Source: Dipteris shenzhenensis
Taxonomy: Eukaryota
DNA length: 64,000 nt
Reading direction: 5' to 3' (one strand)
Assembly: GCA_047967505.1 (NCBI GenBank)
Contig: CM106538.1
Shown: positions 1 through 13,119 of the stretch, in pieces
How positions within the stretch are numbered: the first letter of the stretch is position 1
Layout: every line of letters starts with the position of its first letter
Program-made: the position numbers and the translations under genes
Notes under the pieces: model-generated
Seen by the model: the letters and a program-made list of their open reading frames with translations, nothing else
Told to the model about the DNA's origin: nothing
Databases searched by the model: none

Positions 1-3000
1 AGCCAGAGTTGTGGGTTGCCCTTGTTATTGTAGTAAGGCTTTTAGCACCTAGAGATGCTACTGGCTTCATCTGGTTCTCACTTGTCTTGAAAAATGGGCA
101 AAGATCCATAAAATTAGGTCATTCAGGGAACTCTCATGCTTCAAGGGGTCCAAAACATCTTTATAAGAGGCCCAAAACATCCACACAGGCAAATGGAAAT
201 CACCAACACACAATCCCAAAGATTAAGCTGAATTAAGGCCTATAGCAGCACAGATTGAGTTAGGGCCTAATTCAACACCATCGAGTTGTAGGTTAAGTCA
301 GCACCCATAGGTTTAATGAGATTTTAGCATATGTCAATTTATGATTATTTTAGCGATGCCACGTTGTGGTTTCAGTGCGTGGGATTGTCAACTAACTCAG
401 CTCGCTAAATTAGCTGATTTTTATGAAAATAAGGCCGTGGGACCCCCACGGTGAATTAAAAATTTCAACAGAACTTTGCCAAATTGTCTTCTTCTAGTTT
501 GTTTCCATGGTGTAAACCTAAATTTGTTTTTACTATATCCTCATAGGCTTTGTTTTTTCACAAATGATAAATCATCTTGCTATCATTGGCCTTGTAATCA
601 AGAATTCCCAAGGTTAACAACTCTATGGTATGGCGACTACTTTGAATGCTTGTCTACTGTGAACTTATGACTGTGTAGTCATGTGCACATACATAATCTG
701 TGGGCTTTGTGTGGGTCTACAACTATTGTGTATGACTACTATAGTCTACCATAATTAAAAGAAAAAAACTATTTTTAATATATGCACCACATCAAAGTTC
801 TTTATTGGTCCTTATATATGTGCTTATATCATTGGTCCTTCCTCTATTGTCATCCACCACATCAAAGTTCTTTGATCTTTCTTTATACGCTACGAGCTAC
901 TGGTCCCACCTTTCCTCTTGGCCACTGAATAGGAAAAAATAATGCGTGTTAGGGTTGAAAATAACTCATCAAAATAAAATTCCGTCACGTCAATGGGCCT
1001 CATGCTTCTCATATCTAGCCTTGGAGTTTTGGGCTTCAAATGTGTCTGAGAGTTTCACTTACTTACCCATTGAAACCTTGAAATATGAGTTTATCTTTGC
1101 TTAGCCCATGGAGTTAGCATTCTTTAGGTAGGAGTAATTTTGCATAATAGATTTCCATTATTTATAGGACCATTAACCTTGCACCAATAAATGAGGTCTT
1201 CGTCTAATGTGAAGCTCATCTAAACTACTTTAAACATGCCTTCTTACATTGAATTCTTATTTCTCTAAAATTCATATTTTGTCCAATTTGCAATTTTTGC
1301 ACTTAAGAGAATTTCTTTAGGCTTTTAATCTTAGATGTGGAAAAAGGACACTAACAACCTATGATTTTATTAATGGTCCAAAGCTAGCTTACAAGAAAGA
1401 ATATGCAACCCAACCCAAAGTCATTCTCACATGTTTCAAATCAACTCAAGGCCATAAAAGCTATTGCTCATTAGAGTTAATATTTGAACTACTTATGAAC
1501 CTCTCAACACTTTGTCAAAAATGACTTTATGTTGTATAACTTAAGGTACACGTTTTGTAATCACGATATCAAACCACCCACTTACCCCTATGTAATGACG
1601 AGTTGTAAAAACTAAACATTACTATTCAAGAGGCCACTTGAAGCACATGCCATATAAGTAGCAGAGTGAGTAGGAACCTTTTGCTTGTGCCCACCAAAAC
1701 TTGTCTCGTTATTAACACGACACTTCATAATTGTTTACCACCCAAAGGACACCACAAATCTATTGGTTTTTAACAACACATTTTACTTTTGAGTAAAAAG
1801 ACACAAAGATGTTGGAGAGTTGTGCAACTAGAGGTATGCAAAAGCAAAGATCTAGCTAGATCTATTAGAAAACTATGTGAGACTACTTATACTAGCAAGC
1901 ATATGAGATGGATTGATTGATTTGTGAGGGGACACATTTTTTCAAGAAATGATCCTTGCTATTTCAACTTGATATTATTATCTATTTGCGCTATTGAGTA
2001 AGTCTAAAGTTGATATCATTCTCAATTAATGCTATGGGTATGTATTGTTGATTGTTAATATTAGTGAAAAGGTTTAAGACAAAAATGCATTGTTAATATA
2101 TGTGAAAACTTCAACAAAACTCCATTGTTTCTATATGTGAAAACTTCAACAAGACTCTATTGTTTCAAAGTTAATTAGTGATTCAATGAAGATGTTTTGA
2201 GATATTACAATTTCGTAAACATGGGTGATAGTAGAAGATATTTTAAAAAGAGAGAAAAAGATAAAAAGATGGAAAAAGTATTGACAAACAATAGACTAAA
2301 GAATAGAAAAGGATAAGATAAGGATAAAAGAAAAGCAATGATATAGATAGAAAAACCTTTTATTAAAAGGCAAGCTTTATGGCTGAAGGGAAATACCCAT
2401 AGTCTTATAAAAAGAGTGTCTCTCCTACGTGATTTCTTATTTCTCAAGAAAATCTCTTGTATGTGACTTCTCATTTATGAAGAGAGAGCCTCCCTTAAGA
2501 TTGCCTTGCCATTTCGCGCGAGGAGGACTTCCTTGCCTAAAAGTTTCATTTAAAAATGGCACATAGAGAAGAAGTGAGAGAGGGGCTTCAAGAGCCACAC
2601 TAATACAAATTCATAGAGATTTGGCATCTACAAACATCCCTCTTCAAAAATGAGGGAGGATTTCAAAACCCTCACTATCTACGAGCCACATCCTCTTATT
2701 AGACTGAAGGGCAACAACATAGGCTCTTACTAGAACTAAGGAGGACGTCAAGTTAGGGCATAGTATAGATGAACCCATTGGAACAATGGCTCAAAAGGCA
2801 CGCATGGTCAACTCGAATTGTAAGTACAGCTAGTTTTGAAGGTTCCCTCCTTTTGGATAACAACCTCACTTCAGAGCTAGCTATACAAGAATCTCATTCC
2901 ACAATACAATAATAAGGGTGTTTAGAGACTTAACCCACACTACTAGCAAGATGCATTCAATGCACGATGGGCATGCATAGTAACTCATTTACTTTTCCAA

Positions 3001-3690
3001 CTTGGCAAAATTTTGCGCTGATAGAATCGAGTAATGAAGTCGATCTAATTGACAGCTATTCTCGATTAAATGACCTTTTGTACGCACAACTGTCAGCCAC
3101 CATTCAAAATTCGCGCCCCAGCCCCCCACCCGCATGGTTTCTTTCCGTCTAGACCCTACGCGCCCCGCGAAGAAAATGTTCCCTGTTACGTGAACGCGAG
3201 AACATTATCACAGCAAACAATGCAGTATTCCAATGTCGCGCGAGTCGTGTAATCAAGCAGATACTTGATTCATGTGTTTGAAAGCAAGCCAAGGTACAAC
3301 AATCAAGATAAGCTAACATGCATAAGAACCAATCTCCACAAATAAAATGATATCAACATTGCGGGCTGCAGGAAGGCAACCTATTTATCCCTCTGGACCC
3401 AGCACTTTCCGTTTCAAACGACGTTGTACACCAACATCAGCTTTGAAAATTATTTATGCTGATTTGCAACACCTTCGCACATTCGCATTTTTGGCCCCTC
3501 AAGCAGTTGCACCAGCTTTCCCATGCATGACGTTTAAAACAAGGAACAGTTTCCAATCCTTAGCTCCACAATATGAAAGGAGCACCAAATTTTGAAACAG
3601 CTGATAAGGCCACAGCTCTAGGAGGAAAATGTTGGCCACGTGAATAATAGAGGAAACGGTTGTGAGAGGATGCTCAAAAACAATGCATGC

Positions 3691-6084
3691 CTAGTAAACA
3701 GGCGGGGGAGGAGACTGATACCTGTAAGGAGGAGGGGAGTTAGGGGGAGGGGGAGATGTGTAAAACACCTCTGGCGGGGGCGAGGACGGCGGGATTGAAG
3801 GTGGAAGTGGGGGCGATTCAGACTCACAAGGCGGCTGTGCAGGTGGGTTAGTAAATGGCGTGGGAAGCTGAGGTGAAGGTGCATTGGCGGATGGTGGAGG
3901 CGAGGATTGAGGAGGAAACTCTGGAGGTGGGGCTTTGTAAACATAAGGTGGTGTTGGGGATGGAGGAGGAAACACTGGTGGTGGGGATTTGGAAACGTAC
4001 GGTGGAGTTGGGGATGGAGAAGGGAACACCGGTTGTGGGGAAGGAGGAGATGCAAGGGGAGATGGGGGAGGAGGTGGCGGTGGTGATAAATACATATAAG
4101 GAGGTGTGAGTGGGGGTAGTGGAGGGGTGGGTAGAGGATATGTGTGAACGGGAGGGGATGGTGGAGGGTATGTATGCGCGGGAGGGGGTGGAGGAGAAGA
4201 GTGATAAGGCAAGGATGGTGGGGGTGAAGCAGGTGGAGGTGGAGGTGGAGGTGGAGGTGGTGGAGACTGAGATGGCATAGATGGGGGTCGGGGTGGGGGT
4301 GAAGGCGAAGCAGGTGGAGGTGGAGACAAAGATGGCAAGGAAGGTGAGGGTGGTGGAGGGGATGCAGGTAGAGGGGGAAGGGGAGGAGGGGGAGGTGAAT
4401 AATACTCGTATGGGGTTGGGGACACAGAAGGCACAACAGATGGCTGTGGAGGAGAAGCAGATTCAGAAGGGGAAGGAGCAGGGGAAGGAAAGACGGTAGG
4501 AGGAGAACCAGATGGAGCTGGTGAAAGAGGAATTGTGGAAGGAGCCGGTGGAGGAAAGAATGTAGGGGAAGAACCGGATTGAGAGGGGGCTGGAGGAAGA
4601 GGAATTGTGGGAGGGGGATGGTTGATTTTCTTAGGGCAGGTTCGAGGAGGGGGAGGAGGAGAAGCAGGAGGATGGAGAACAGGAGGAGTATGTTTGGGAG
4701 AAGCAGGAACACCATGACCACCACACCCAAACTCATCACAACTCTTTGTATGAGAAAGCTCTCCAGCACACTCCTTGAATGATCTCTGAGCTGGTCTCCC
4801 TGGAATACAATTGAACCTGTCGTTGAAGGAGACTCCCCTTACAGGAAGAGCTAGGCAATTGGGTGCCTCCCCAGTGAAGAAATTATCAGAGTAGGTGAAG
4901 TTCTCGAGCTTTGGAAGAGCACAGATCTCTGGAGGGATTTCCCCTGTAAACAAGTTGTCAGCTACGTCCAACTGCTCCAAGCTCACCATCTCTGCAATGG
5001 TCTCAGGTAGCGTCCCACTCAGCTGATTGAAGCTCACATCCAGCACCGTCAAGTTCCTGAGCTCCCCAATGTCTGGGTTGAGGCACCCAGTGAGCTGATT
5101 ATCGAGCAAAATGATTTCTTCAAGAGTGGCACCCAAGTTGCCAATGCTGGGGGGAACACAGCCAGAGAAGTGATTGTTAGCAAGGACAAGCACAGAGGCA
5201 GGGGAGCTACCGAGGTTGAGAGGGATGCCCTTGACAAATCTGTTGTTGTTGAGGAAGATGGCATCCAAGTTTCTACTGAATATAGTACTAGGGACCTCAC
5301 CCTCAAACTCATTGTAACGGAGATCAAGGTAATAGAGGCTAGGGAGGGAGAGCACAACAGTGGGGAAGGGACCAACAAAGCGGTTATTACTGAGGTCAAG
5401 CTCAAAGAGAAGGTGGAGGTTGCTGAAGCTGAGGGGGACAATGCCACAAAATCTGTTGGAGTTGATATGGAAGAGGGCGAGGTCCGTGAGGAGGCCAAGC
5501 TCTTCAGGAAGAAAACCAGCAAGATCTGCATGGTTAAGGTCTATGCCAGCCACAGTCTCTATGCAGGGATCATCAAGAGCTTCAGCACAGAAAACTCCTC
5601 TGTAGTTGCAGACTTCAGGGCCAACCCATGTTGCTGTGTATCCCAGAGGGTCGGAGAAGATGACCGATTTCCATGCTTGCAATGCAACGTATGCTTCCCT
5701 CTGCCTCTCGTTCTCGAACTCCAAGCTTGGATCTACCTCTACTGTTCTTCTCCTTCCCAATACTTCTTCCGCTGTTATCCTCCTCTTTGTTGTTGCCTCT
5801 CCGTAGAACTCCTCCACATGTGCCTGCTGTTTCTCCACCAGCTGCTTGCTATCTTCCTCCGTGAGATGCCTCCCTACGTAGAACCGCTCGGAAAACCCTC
5901 CGTCTGAACTCCTCCTACTTATTCCCGCGTCGATTTCCTCCGACAATCCTTCACCTACCTTTCCTGCACCTATCAACAGCACGCACAGCAGGAACATCCT
6001 CCCTCCCATCGCCCAGCATCGCTTGCCTGTGCCTCTCAGCTCGCCCATAGCCATCTTGCCTCGCTTCTTCATTTTCTGTCCCAC
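3691..6084 (-). CDS. LRX: Leucine-rich repeat extensin (LRX/PEX family) cell-wall protein
   Basis: 797-aa intact ORF. Hydrophobic signal-like segment (MFLLCVLLIGAG), LRX N-terminal motif (AYVALQAWKSVIFSDP...WVGPEVCNYRGVFC...VAGIDLNHADLAGFLPEELGLLTDLALFHINSNRFCG), plant LRRs, Cys-rich hinge (NDRFNCIPGRPAQRSFKEC), Ser-Pro(n) extensin tail ending YQSPPPPVY. The true start Met may be a downstream one. Confidence 0.95.
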   Translation of the reverse strand: MGQKMKKRGKMAMGELRGTGKRCWAMGGRMFLLCVLLIGAGKVGEGLSEEIDAGISRRSSDGGFSERFYVGRHLTEEDSKQLVEKQQAHVEEFYGEATTKRRITAEEVLGRRRTVEVDPSLEFENERQREAYVALQAWKSVIFSDPLGYTATWVGPEVCNYRGVFCAEALDDPCIETVAGIDLNHADLAGFLPEELGLLTDLALFHINSNRFCGIVPLSFSNLHLLFELDLSNNRFVGPFPTVVLSLPSLYYLDLRYNEFEGEVPSTIFSRNLDAIFLNNNRFVKGIPLNLGSSPASVLVLANNHFSGCVPPSIGNLGATLEEIILLDNQLTGCLNPDIGELRNLTVLDVSFNQLSGTLPETIAEMVSLEQLDVADNLFTGEIPPEICALPKLENFTYSDNFFTGEAPNCLALPVRGVSFNDRFNCIPGRPAQRSFKECAGELSHTKSCDEFGCGGHGVPASPKHTPPVLHPPASPPPPPRTCPKKINHPPPTIPLPPAPSQSGSSPTFFPPPAPSTIPLSPAPSGSPPTVFPSPAPSPSESASPPQPSVVPSVSPTPYEYYSPPPPPLPPLPASPPPPSPSLPSLSPPPPASPSPPPRPPSMPSQSPPPPPPPPPPPASPPPSLPYHSSPPPPPAHTYPPPSPPVHTYPLPTPPLPPLTPPYMYLSPPPPPPPSPLASPPSPQPVFPSPSPTPPYVSKSPPPVFPPPSPTPPYVYKAPPPEFPPQSSPPPSANAPSPQLPTPFTNPPAQPPCESESPPLPPSIPPSSPPPEVFYTSPPPPNSPPPYRYQSPPPPVY

Positions 6085-7499
6085 TAACAGCTTCTCATGC
6101 TCTCGCTGCCGCCAACCACAACTTCACTCCCCTTCTCCGTCAACCTTCCTCGTTCTCGCGCTGTTCAGCTCCTCCTTTCCTCAAAGCCAAGTGCAAATAT
6201 CTCGAGAACTTCTTTTCACTTCAAACCACGCTGTCTCTCTGCAGCCCAAGACCAGGCATCCATCCCCTGCAAGAGACTCTTCTTTTCTCCTCGCTAGATC
6301 CTGTTCTCTTCGATCTGCCACAAGGGTCGCTGCTACTGCATTCCGCTCTCGGACAGACAAATGCAATAACTTAAACTCCGCAAGCTTTCAGGCAAGCATC
6401 TCGTGCAAGACGAAAAACGAGAAATGCACCCGCAACGGGCAATGCAGCAAGAAAAAAAAGAAACTGGAGAGAAGGCGGAGTGGCCTTGAGTTCTCACCCT
6501 TACCAAAGAGGCGACGCCCACGTTTCTGAGAGGAAGCACAGCGGAAGCTCAGAAACGCGTCATGCGCGCAGGCAAGGAAGCTCAGAAGAGAGTGGAATCC
6601 AAGCCAGTCATGCAGGCAGGGCACGGGAGCAGCAGCAGGCGGGGCGTAAGCTTTTACTGTACTGGAAAGGCAGTCAACTGGAAGGCAACTTTTGAAGGGA
6701 CGTGATCTAGGGGGGGGGGCAGGGAAGATGAATATGGAAAAGGGGAAGCTTTAGAGGAGGAGAAGGAGGGAGAGCAGGGAGGGAGAGTGAGGAAGAGCGA
6801 TGGCTACGTAAAGTTGAGGGAGGAGGAGGTGTGCTGGCCTGCCCGGCAAGGCAGGGAAGGCACGCTCATCGCCCATAAACAGCACATGCTGCTGCGCCGT
6901 TCCAGGCTGCCTGCATTTGTTACCCCCTCTTCCCGTTGCTCAGTATGCCTCGTCACCCTCCCCCTAACCCTCTTCACCCCCCCTCTCCCTCACCCTCTTC
7001 ACCTAACCTTACACCTAACCTTACCCCCGCCCTTCCCCCTTATCTCGCTCCCTCATCTGCTCCTCATTAAATTCCAGCCCCCTTCGGTTGTTGCCCCCGC
7101 CCCCCCCCCCCCCTCGTTATTACTTTCCTTGGTTCCTATCTCAACCGTTTTCCTCCCCCCATCTTCCTTACCCCCCCCCTTTCATCCCACCTCCCATCCG
7201 CCGCGTCCTTCCCACTCAGACAATTTAACCCTCCCTTCCCGCCTCCTACTGCTGCTGTTGTGCATCGGTCGAAACTCGGGAACACTTCCGGAGATCGCGC
7301 TTCATCCTTGCAACTGCTGATCAGTTCTTTTGAGTAATTCAATGTGACACTCGGTAAGCTGAAACATTTTGAGAAGTAAGAATGGGTTGACTTACAGATT
7401 CGCCTTTATTCTGACTAGTTAGGATAAACGTGTGTCCCTAGTCCTCAGTTTGATTCTTGCATCCATCGACAAGGGTACACTCTCCTAACTCAAGTTCAA

Positions 7500-8073
7500 C
7501 AAAGTCTCCATAGCAACTTATGAGCACCAATTTCCATTTTACTTGAACTAGCAAAATCACCTACTTGGGAGCTCACACAAGTTGGGAGTTCGCACATGTT
7601 GGAGCTACTTTCTAGTTCAAAATCACTTACTTGACTCGGATGGGGAGGGCACAAAGAAATGGACCCTCAACCCTCCACATGATCTAAAAGTTGTTCTAAC
7701 TATAAGGAAGCCGAATGCCTCTAATGTGGAAGACTTACATCATTCACAAAATAGCATATGTGATGGCAACAAGGTCAAGCCTCTTCAAGCATGGGGAAAT
7801 TCGTAATGGGAGCATCTTCAAGCATAGGGTCCAAGTGGGCTTCAGATCCGCAACTATTGGAGCGGCTACCAAGGCCCTTCTTAGGGACTTTGGCCGAATT
7901 CTTGACCCCTCAGATCTAGTGGTCAGCCACACACTTTTATCTATGGAACACAATCTTAGGGTAGGATGATTTTGACCTGTTGGCTCAGTGCCCAACGTAG
8001 GTCGTGGCGCCCGCCATTAGGACTGACCATCCTCCTTAATACACCCAGCATTTATAAATTAAAAAAAAAAAAA
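7500..8073 (+). mobile_element. Probable degenerate LINE 3' end with poly(A) tail
   Basis: Remnants resembling the LINE ORF2 C-terminus (VEDLHH..., IRNGSIFK) followed by an A-run at 8061-8073; 5' boundary approximate. Confidence 0.35.
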
Positions 8074-9173
8074 CAAGGTCGAGCCTCATTTCGCAATTGC
8101 AATACAGTCAAGGCTGCCAATCATGTCCTTGTTACTCACCCCATCCCACACGTGCCCTCCAAGAGGTCAATGTTTGTATCATGGCACTACTGAACTCATC
8201 ATACAACGCAATGTGAACAAGAACTCAAAAACTTTCTTCGCAACTAGGTAAAGAGAAGGTCAACATCACTAGACCATCCTTTATGTAAGCACAACCAGGG
8301 TTCTCACTCCATCTCATACGAACATTGTATGCTCTTCAAGGAGTCAAGTTTTCAACAGTGACCTCATCTTACAAGGCAACATGAACATGAACTCAGAATT
8401 CCTCAAAGATTAGATAAAGAAAAGGACGAGTTTGACTAATGCATGCATAACATACACTGGATCGTGCTTTCTATAAGCACAACCATAGAATTCCAACCTA
8501 TGCCTTTATGTTTGCATTGTGTAATTTGTTTTAGAACCCTATTTATGCTCAAATTATTAAACGAATGTGTGCAAATTTTGTATCTATTGTTGGGGCCCTT
8601 AAGTATAGATTACTTGTACGTAAAGTTTGTGATGTGCTATTATATTTTGCCTTGCTAGGTAGCTTCTAAGCAAGCCCAAGGATTGGGTTGCTAGTTTTCA
8701 ATATTTCCCCATAGTAAAGAAAGTCTAGGCCTTAGAGAATTTCTATACGACTAGAGCGGGTTGAGTTGCATTGTACAGGTATAAAAGCTTAGATTTATCA
8801 TGAAACTTTAAATGAGAAGTATGGTGATGTTCATCTATAGTAGACATTTTCACATGTTTCAACCAAGGCAAAAAATGGTAGCACATGCTATCCCTTTGCT
8901 TACTCCAAATATCACATTGTCAACCACCAATGGCACATGCTATCATCCTTCATTCATGTTCCAAAAGGCTTGGACAGAAGGGCTTAGTGACCTAACAAAT
9001 ACTCAAGTTGCTCTCCAAAACAAATTCCCTCAATTAATTAGTGTGGAGATTGTACGAAGCCTACTTCAAAATTTTGGGGGATTGTACAAAGCCTACCTCA
9101 AAATTTTAGGGGTTCCTTCCCAAAGTTTTCTTTTAAGAACAAACAAGTGTGCTTCTTGGTTTAATACTATTAT

Positions 9174-9176
<3 letters not shown>

Positions 9177-9241
<65 letters not shown>
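9177..9241. repeat. (CT)n microsatellite
   Basis: Perfect ctct run of about 65 bp. Confidence 0.95.
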
Positions 9242-9243
<2 letters not shown>

Positions 9244-10233
9244 GTGCACGCCGCGCACACACTTACCAATAACTAATTTGTCACCAATGAAGGTGAACCT
9301 TTCAATAGATATATTGCTAAATAAAGTTTGGCAAAGGTAGTCCAAAAAGGTGCCAACAAGCGCTATGTTGAAAAACCAAGTTAGAGCAATCAATCAAGAG
9401 TTAATCCCAACAATGTGTCATACACCACCATGGATAGTTTACAAATTTTGTGTAGCCTAAGTAGTCCTACAACCAAAAGAGTGTGTAAGAGAAGAAGGCT
9501 AAAGGAATCAAGATTTCATCTCCAAAGGGAAATTGGGTGTATGATGGCATAAAGAATTGGCAAGTAGTATCTCACCAAATCCACGAAGGAAAGGGAGTGA
9601 TTCTAAGTTCAATAAGGCAAAACTCATAAGAATGGAAGATTTACTGGGGAGTCCACCAATGAAACCTCTAGTAATGATAGGACCCAAGATGAAGATTAAA
9701 TTTAAAAAATATACAAGCAAAGAGAGGGTGAAAATCCCCATTCACATTTAAAGAGCTTCCTTCAAATGGTGGATATATTGCAATGCAATATAGTAGGCAA
9801 ATAGTTGATGTACTTGCACAAAACATTTGGAGCTAAAGCTATCAAATGCTTTGAAAAAGTATCCGAACCATCTTTGCTGTACATGGAAGAGTTGAGGAAA
9901 GCATTTTCAAAGAGGTTTCAACATGACTTCAGTAAAGAAATGTGATGATAAAGCTCAATTTGAATCAAGTGAAGATTATAAGAGACGATGTATGACTTGA
10001 TGGCCCAAATAAGGTTGCTCACCAATCAATTGACATAAGTGGCCTGATTAATGGCGTAGAGTTGATGAATATGGAAATTAATGATCCAACAAGAATGTAC
10101 AAGGAATTCCTACACAAGGAAATTGTGATTGACAAGGGGATCATCAGTGGACCCAGAAGGAAGGACAAGGTAGTCTTCATGAACAACAAAGAAGAAAAAG
10201 AAGAAGGAGAAGAAGAAGAAGAAGAGTTGATCT

Positions 10234-11622
10234 GAGTCTCCGCAATACAATCTAAAGGGCATTGTGCGGCATTCTAGCCCACCACCTACAACCACCTCGG
10301 GATTATAATCCTCTTCAACCGGGTGCTACAAGCTCTCCAAGACTCACTTAAGTCCTTGGTGAACAATGTTGAAACAATACATGTAGCATATCTCGAGGAA
10401 CTAATCGAGGAGGAAGGCCAAGAAGCCATTGCAATATTTAACTCTACCGCCCCACCTACCAAAATCCCACAACCACCTCCTCTGGATCCCGCCCAACCCA
10501 CCCAGCAAGCCACCCAACCTCCCCTTGCTCACACAACATTGCCCGAATATTCTTCCAATGCCTCTAACACCACTACCACACAGCACGGGACCTCCGTCCA
10601 TCTCCTCTATGGCTCCGATCGACCTCCCTGAAGAACGCAACTCAAAGAAGCCAATTTTGTACAGACAGCTGATGATACAAAGCCAAGAGGCACATCAAAA
10701 GCGGAACCTATGTTCGTTGAAGATGACGAGGCTCCGCAAGCTCCTCCCTCCTCCCCGCCTGAAAATGTCCAGTGGTGCCCCGACTTGCAATCATTCTAAG
10801 AGCTGCCAGATAGTGCACTTATGCACCATTGGAAGCACCAACTTGAGGGCTCCCACCCCCATCTCTACGAAATCTTTGAGGTGCGCCCCCTCATAGACTA
10901 GCGGCGCATGCATCCAAAGCGCACAAGAGGAGGATACAACCTCGCCCCTGATGCTCCAGTCCCATGGACCGATGTAGATGCCAACCTACAGCCTCGCTGG
11001 CACATTCCCTTCCTAAAGTTGAAGCAATTTTGGCGGTACTACCATAGTGCCCACATCAATCGTCGGATCCACCCCCTGTACATGCCAATGGAACAATGAT
11101 GGTCTTGGGCGGAATTTCGAGAGCTCTAGCAAAAGGACCCTAATATGTTGTACAATTTTTCAAAGTACAACTTCCCAAAAGAAATGACTCAAGAGGGATT
11201 TTGCTTCTGCCTCCAGTCATTCAACAACATGTACGACTCAATACTCGATCTTGCTGTCGTGGCAGTGGTCCACTTCAACCGCCTCCTCCTCTTACTCCTC
11301 TGCGACCTCCCCGCCTACAGTCACCCCATCGACAATCGCCTCCACAATCCGACCAACCAGATTGTCTTAAACCCCGGCATCGGTCCTATGCAATTTCAGG
11401 ACCTCTACCTCTACCTCTACCTTCGCGTCCGTAATCTCCATAGACACCACATCTGCACGTACGAAAATATGCATGCCACCCACTTTTGGAAGTATCGCTC
11501 GTACCTCACTCAGCTAACTCCACGCCAGCTAGACCGCTATGTAGCCCTACATACATTCCTCACCACACACCTCCTGCAACGTGGCTGACGCGAGGGCGGA
11601 TCAGCAAACACGAAGGGGGGCA
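10234..11622 (+). mobile_element. 3' internal fragment of an Athila-like Ty3/gypsy element ending in a PPT
   Basis: Colinear with 25813-27168 (both begin gagtctccgcaatacaatct; ORF 11145 MLYNFSKYNFPKEMTQEGFC matches ORF 26709 MLYNFAKYNFPKEMTQEGFC). Ends gaaggggggca immediately before TG. Confidence 0.85.
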
Positions 11623-12585
11623 TGTTAACATCCACAGAGTACCGTCGCCGAATGCATGGTAATCAGTGATTAGAGGTGATTAGGCTTCATTATTTATTTC
11701 AACGGTTACAGCCATGGAAGGAGTACAATACAAGCTCAGAGAGTTTGAGCCCCAAATACCCCATGGTCAAAGATTGCAGGCAAGGGGCACAAGTTGCAGG
11801 TTCCAGCTCACAGGCTCTAGGTTTCAGCTGCAAGTTGTGGTTAAGTGTCTCGCGGGAGTTAAGCCTCACCACTCTAGGTTTTGAGCCTCGTACAAGGGGT
11901 TTGAACCCCAAATAGCTTAGGGCTTGGAGGCGCAAGGCTAACACAAGCGCTATTTGGGAGCCAGTTAGGAACACCTCCTAATGCCAGGCTTGATGTCCCA
12001 AGCCTCCTAATGCCGGTTAGGAACACCTCCTAATGCCAGGCTTGTCCCAAGCGCTTTTATATGGTTAACACAAGCACTATTTCCGCTAGTAGGGAGAGAT
12101 GGAAAGAATAGCAATATGCCTTGGCACCCTATGGCCCCAAGAGACGTTTAATGTAAAGAGAGGGAGAGTGCTAAAAGGAAAAGAGTTGGCCCTCCCTTCA
12201 AAAGGTGACATGTATAAAAGGCCAAAGGGTTGACTTTGGTCTTCATTGTTGTTTGCACAAGTTTGAATACAAGCTCCCTCTTCTCTTCCAAGAGTGTTTT
12301 GGGTGTTCCCTTGCTTGCATTGTAGTGCCCTTGTGTTTGCCACTCCATCCCCCTTCACTCTCGTGTTCCCTTCTCCTTCTCCCTCCCCTCTCCCCTCTCT
12401 TCTCCCCTCTCCCCCTTCCGTCTTCTCTCGTGGAAACACATTGCAACAATCCGAAAGCCGCTTGAGTGACACATGCGGATGGTTCGTACCTTGCATTTCT
12501 CTCACAAGGAGTAGCATGGAGTGGAGGCTCCATCGGCATCTCTTTAACATCCCCACGACACGTGAGTCACCGTCGAGACTACACA
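11623..12585 (+). repeat. LTR (963 bp, TG...CA) shared between two tandem gypsy internal regions
   Basis: Starts tgttaacatcc after the PPT and ends gagactacaca before the PBS. Its 5' part matches 27169-27335 and its 3' part matches about 32650-33029. Contains tgtataaaag near 12211. Confidence 0.85.
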
Positions 12586-12589
12586 TTTT

Positions 12590-12606
12590 TGGCACCGCTG
12601 CCGTGG
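12590..12606 (+). promoter_or_regulatory. Primer-binding site (Athila-type, tRNA-Asp-like)
   Basis: tggcaccgctgccgtgg a few bases after the LTR CA end, resembling the Athila PBS TGGCGCCGTTGCCGGGG. Confidence 0.7.
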
Positions 12607-13119
12607 ACTAGAGGTATGCTTTTGCATTGCACTTGTCTTCTTTCGTTATCTACCCATTGCACAAGGCTTCAAGCTTAACTTGGAGCTTTGTTAGTGGAGT
12701 TATAGGAGAGGAAAGAGTGAAGAAGAGTGAGTTTGGACGAAAAAGTTAGAAAAGCTGTCATTTTCTATTGAAGAGTCTTTTTGATCATTTGAAGCTTGTT
12801 TTTTATGTTTTTTAGTGTTTTGAGTTGGTAGGAAGTTAGTTGGAAAGATTGCTAAGGAGTGTATAATGTCTAAACACACAAAAAACAACAAAAAATGATG
12901 ATTCTTGCTGAATTTCGAAGTTGTTTTGTGTGGTAAAACTCACCCCTCAAGAAATCTTGCATTTTGGCTTGCAAAAGTTGTTTTTCTTTCAAGTTTTTTT
13001 CATTGAGTAGGTAGACTAGGTAGTGTAGCACCCCCCTAGCACAGAAAAACAGGAACAAAAACTCAAAATTCCCCAAAATCCACCAAAATCCTATCGGTGA
13101 TGTAGTGTTTCTCTATCCC

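Noticed and set aside
1-2960. Short ORFs and small local duplications (e.g. caccacatcaaagttcttt, tatatgtgaaaacttcaacaa)
   Set aside because: AT-rich intergenic DNA; no recognisable protein or element termini.
3618-5907. Long alternative-frame and antisense ORFs over LRX (383 aa, 245 aa and others)
   Set aside because: Shadows of the Pro-rich and LRR coding sequence, with no independent domain signal.
9500-10230. Possible gag remnant ahead of the gypsy cluster
   Set aside because: Too degenerate; no diagnostic motif.
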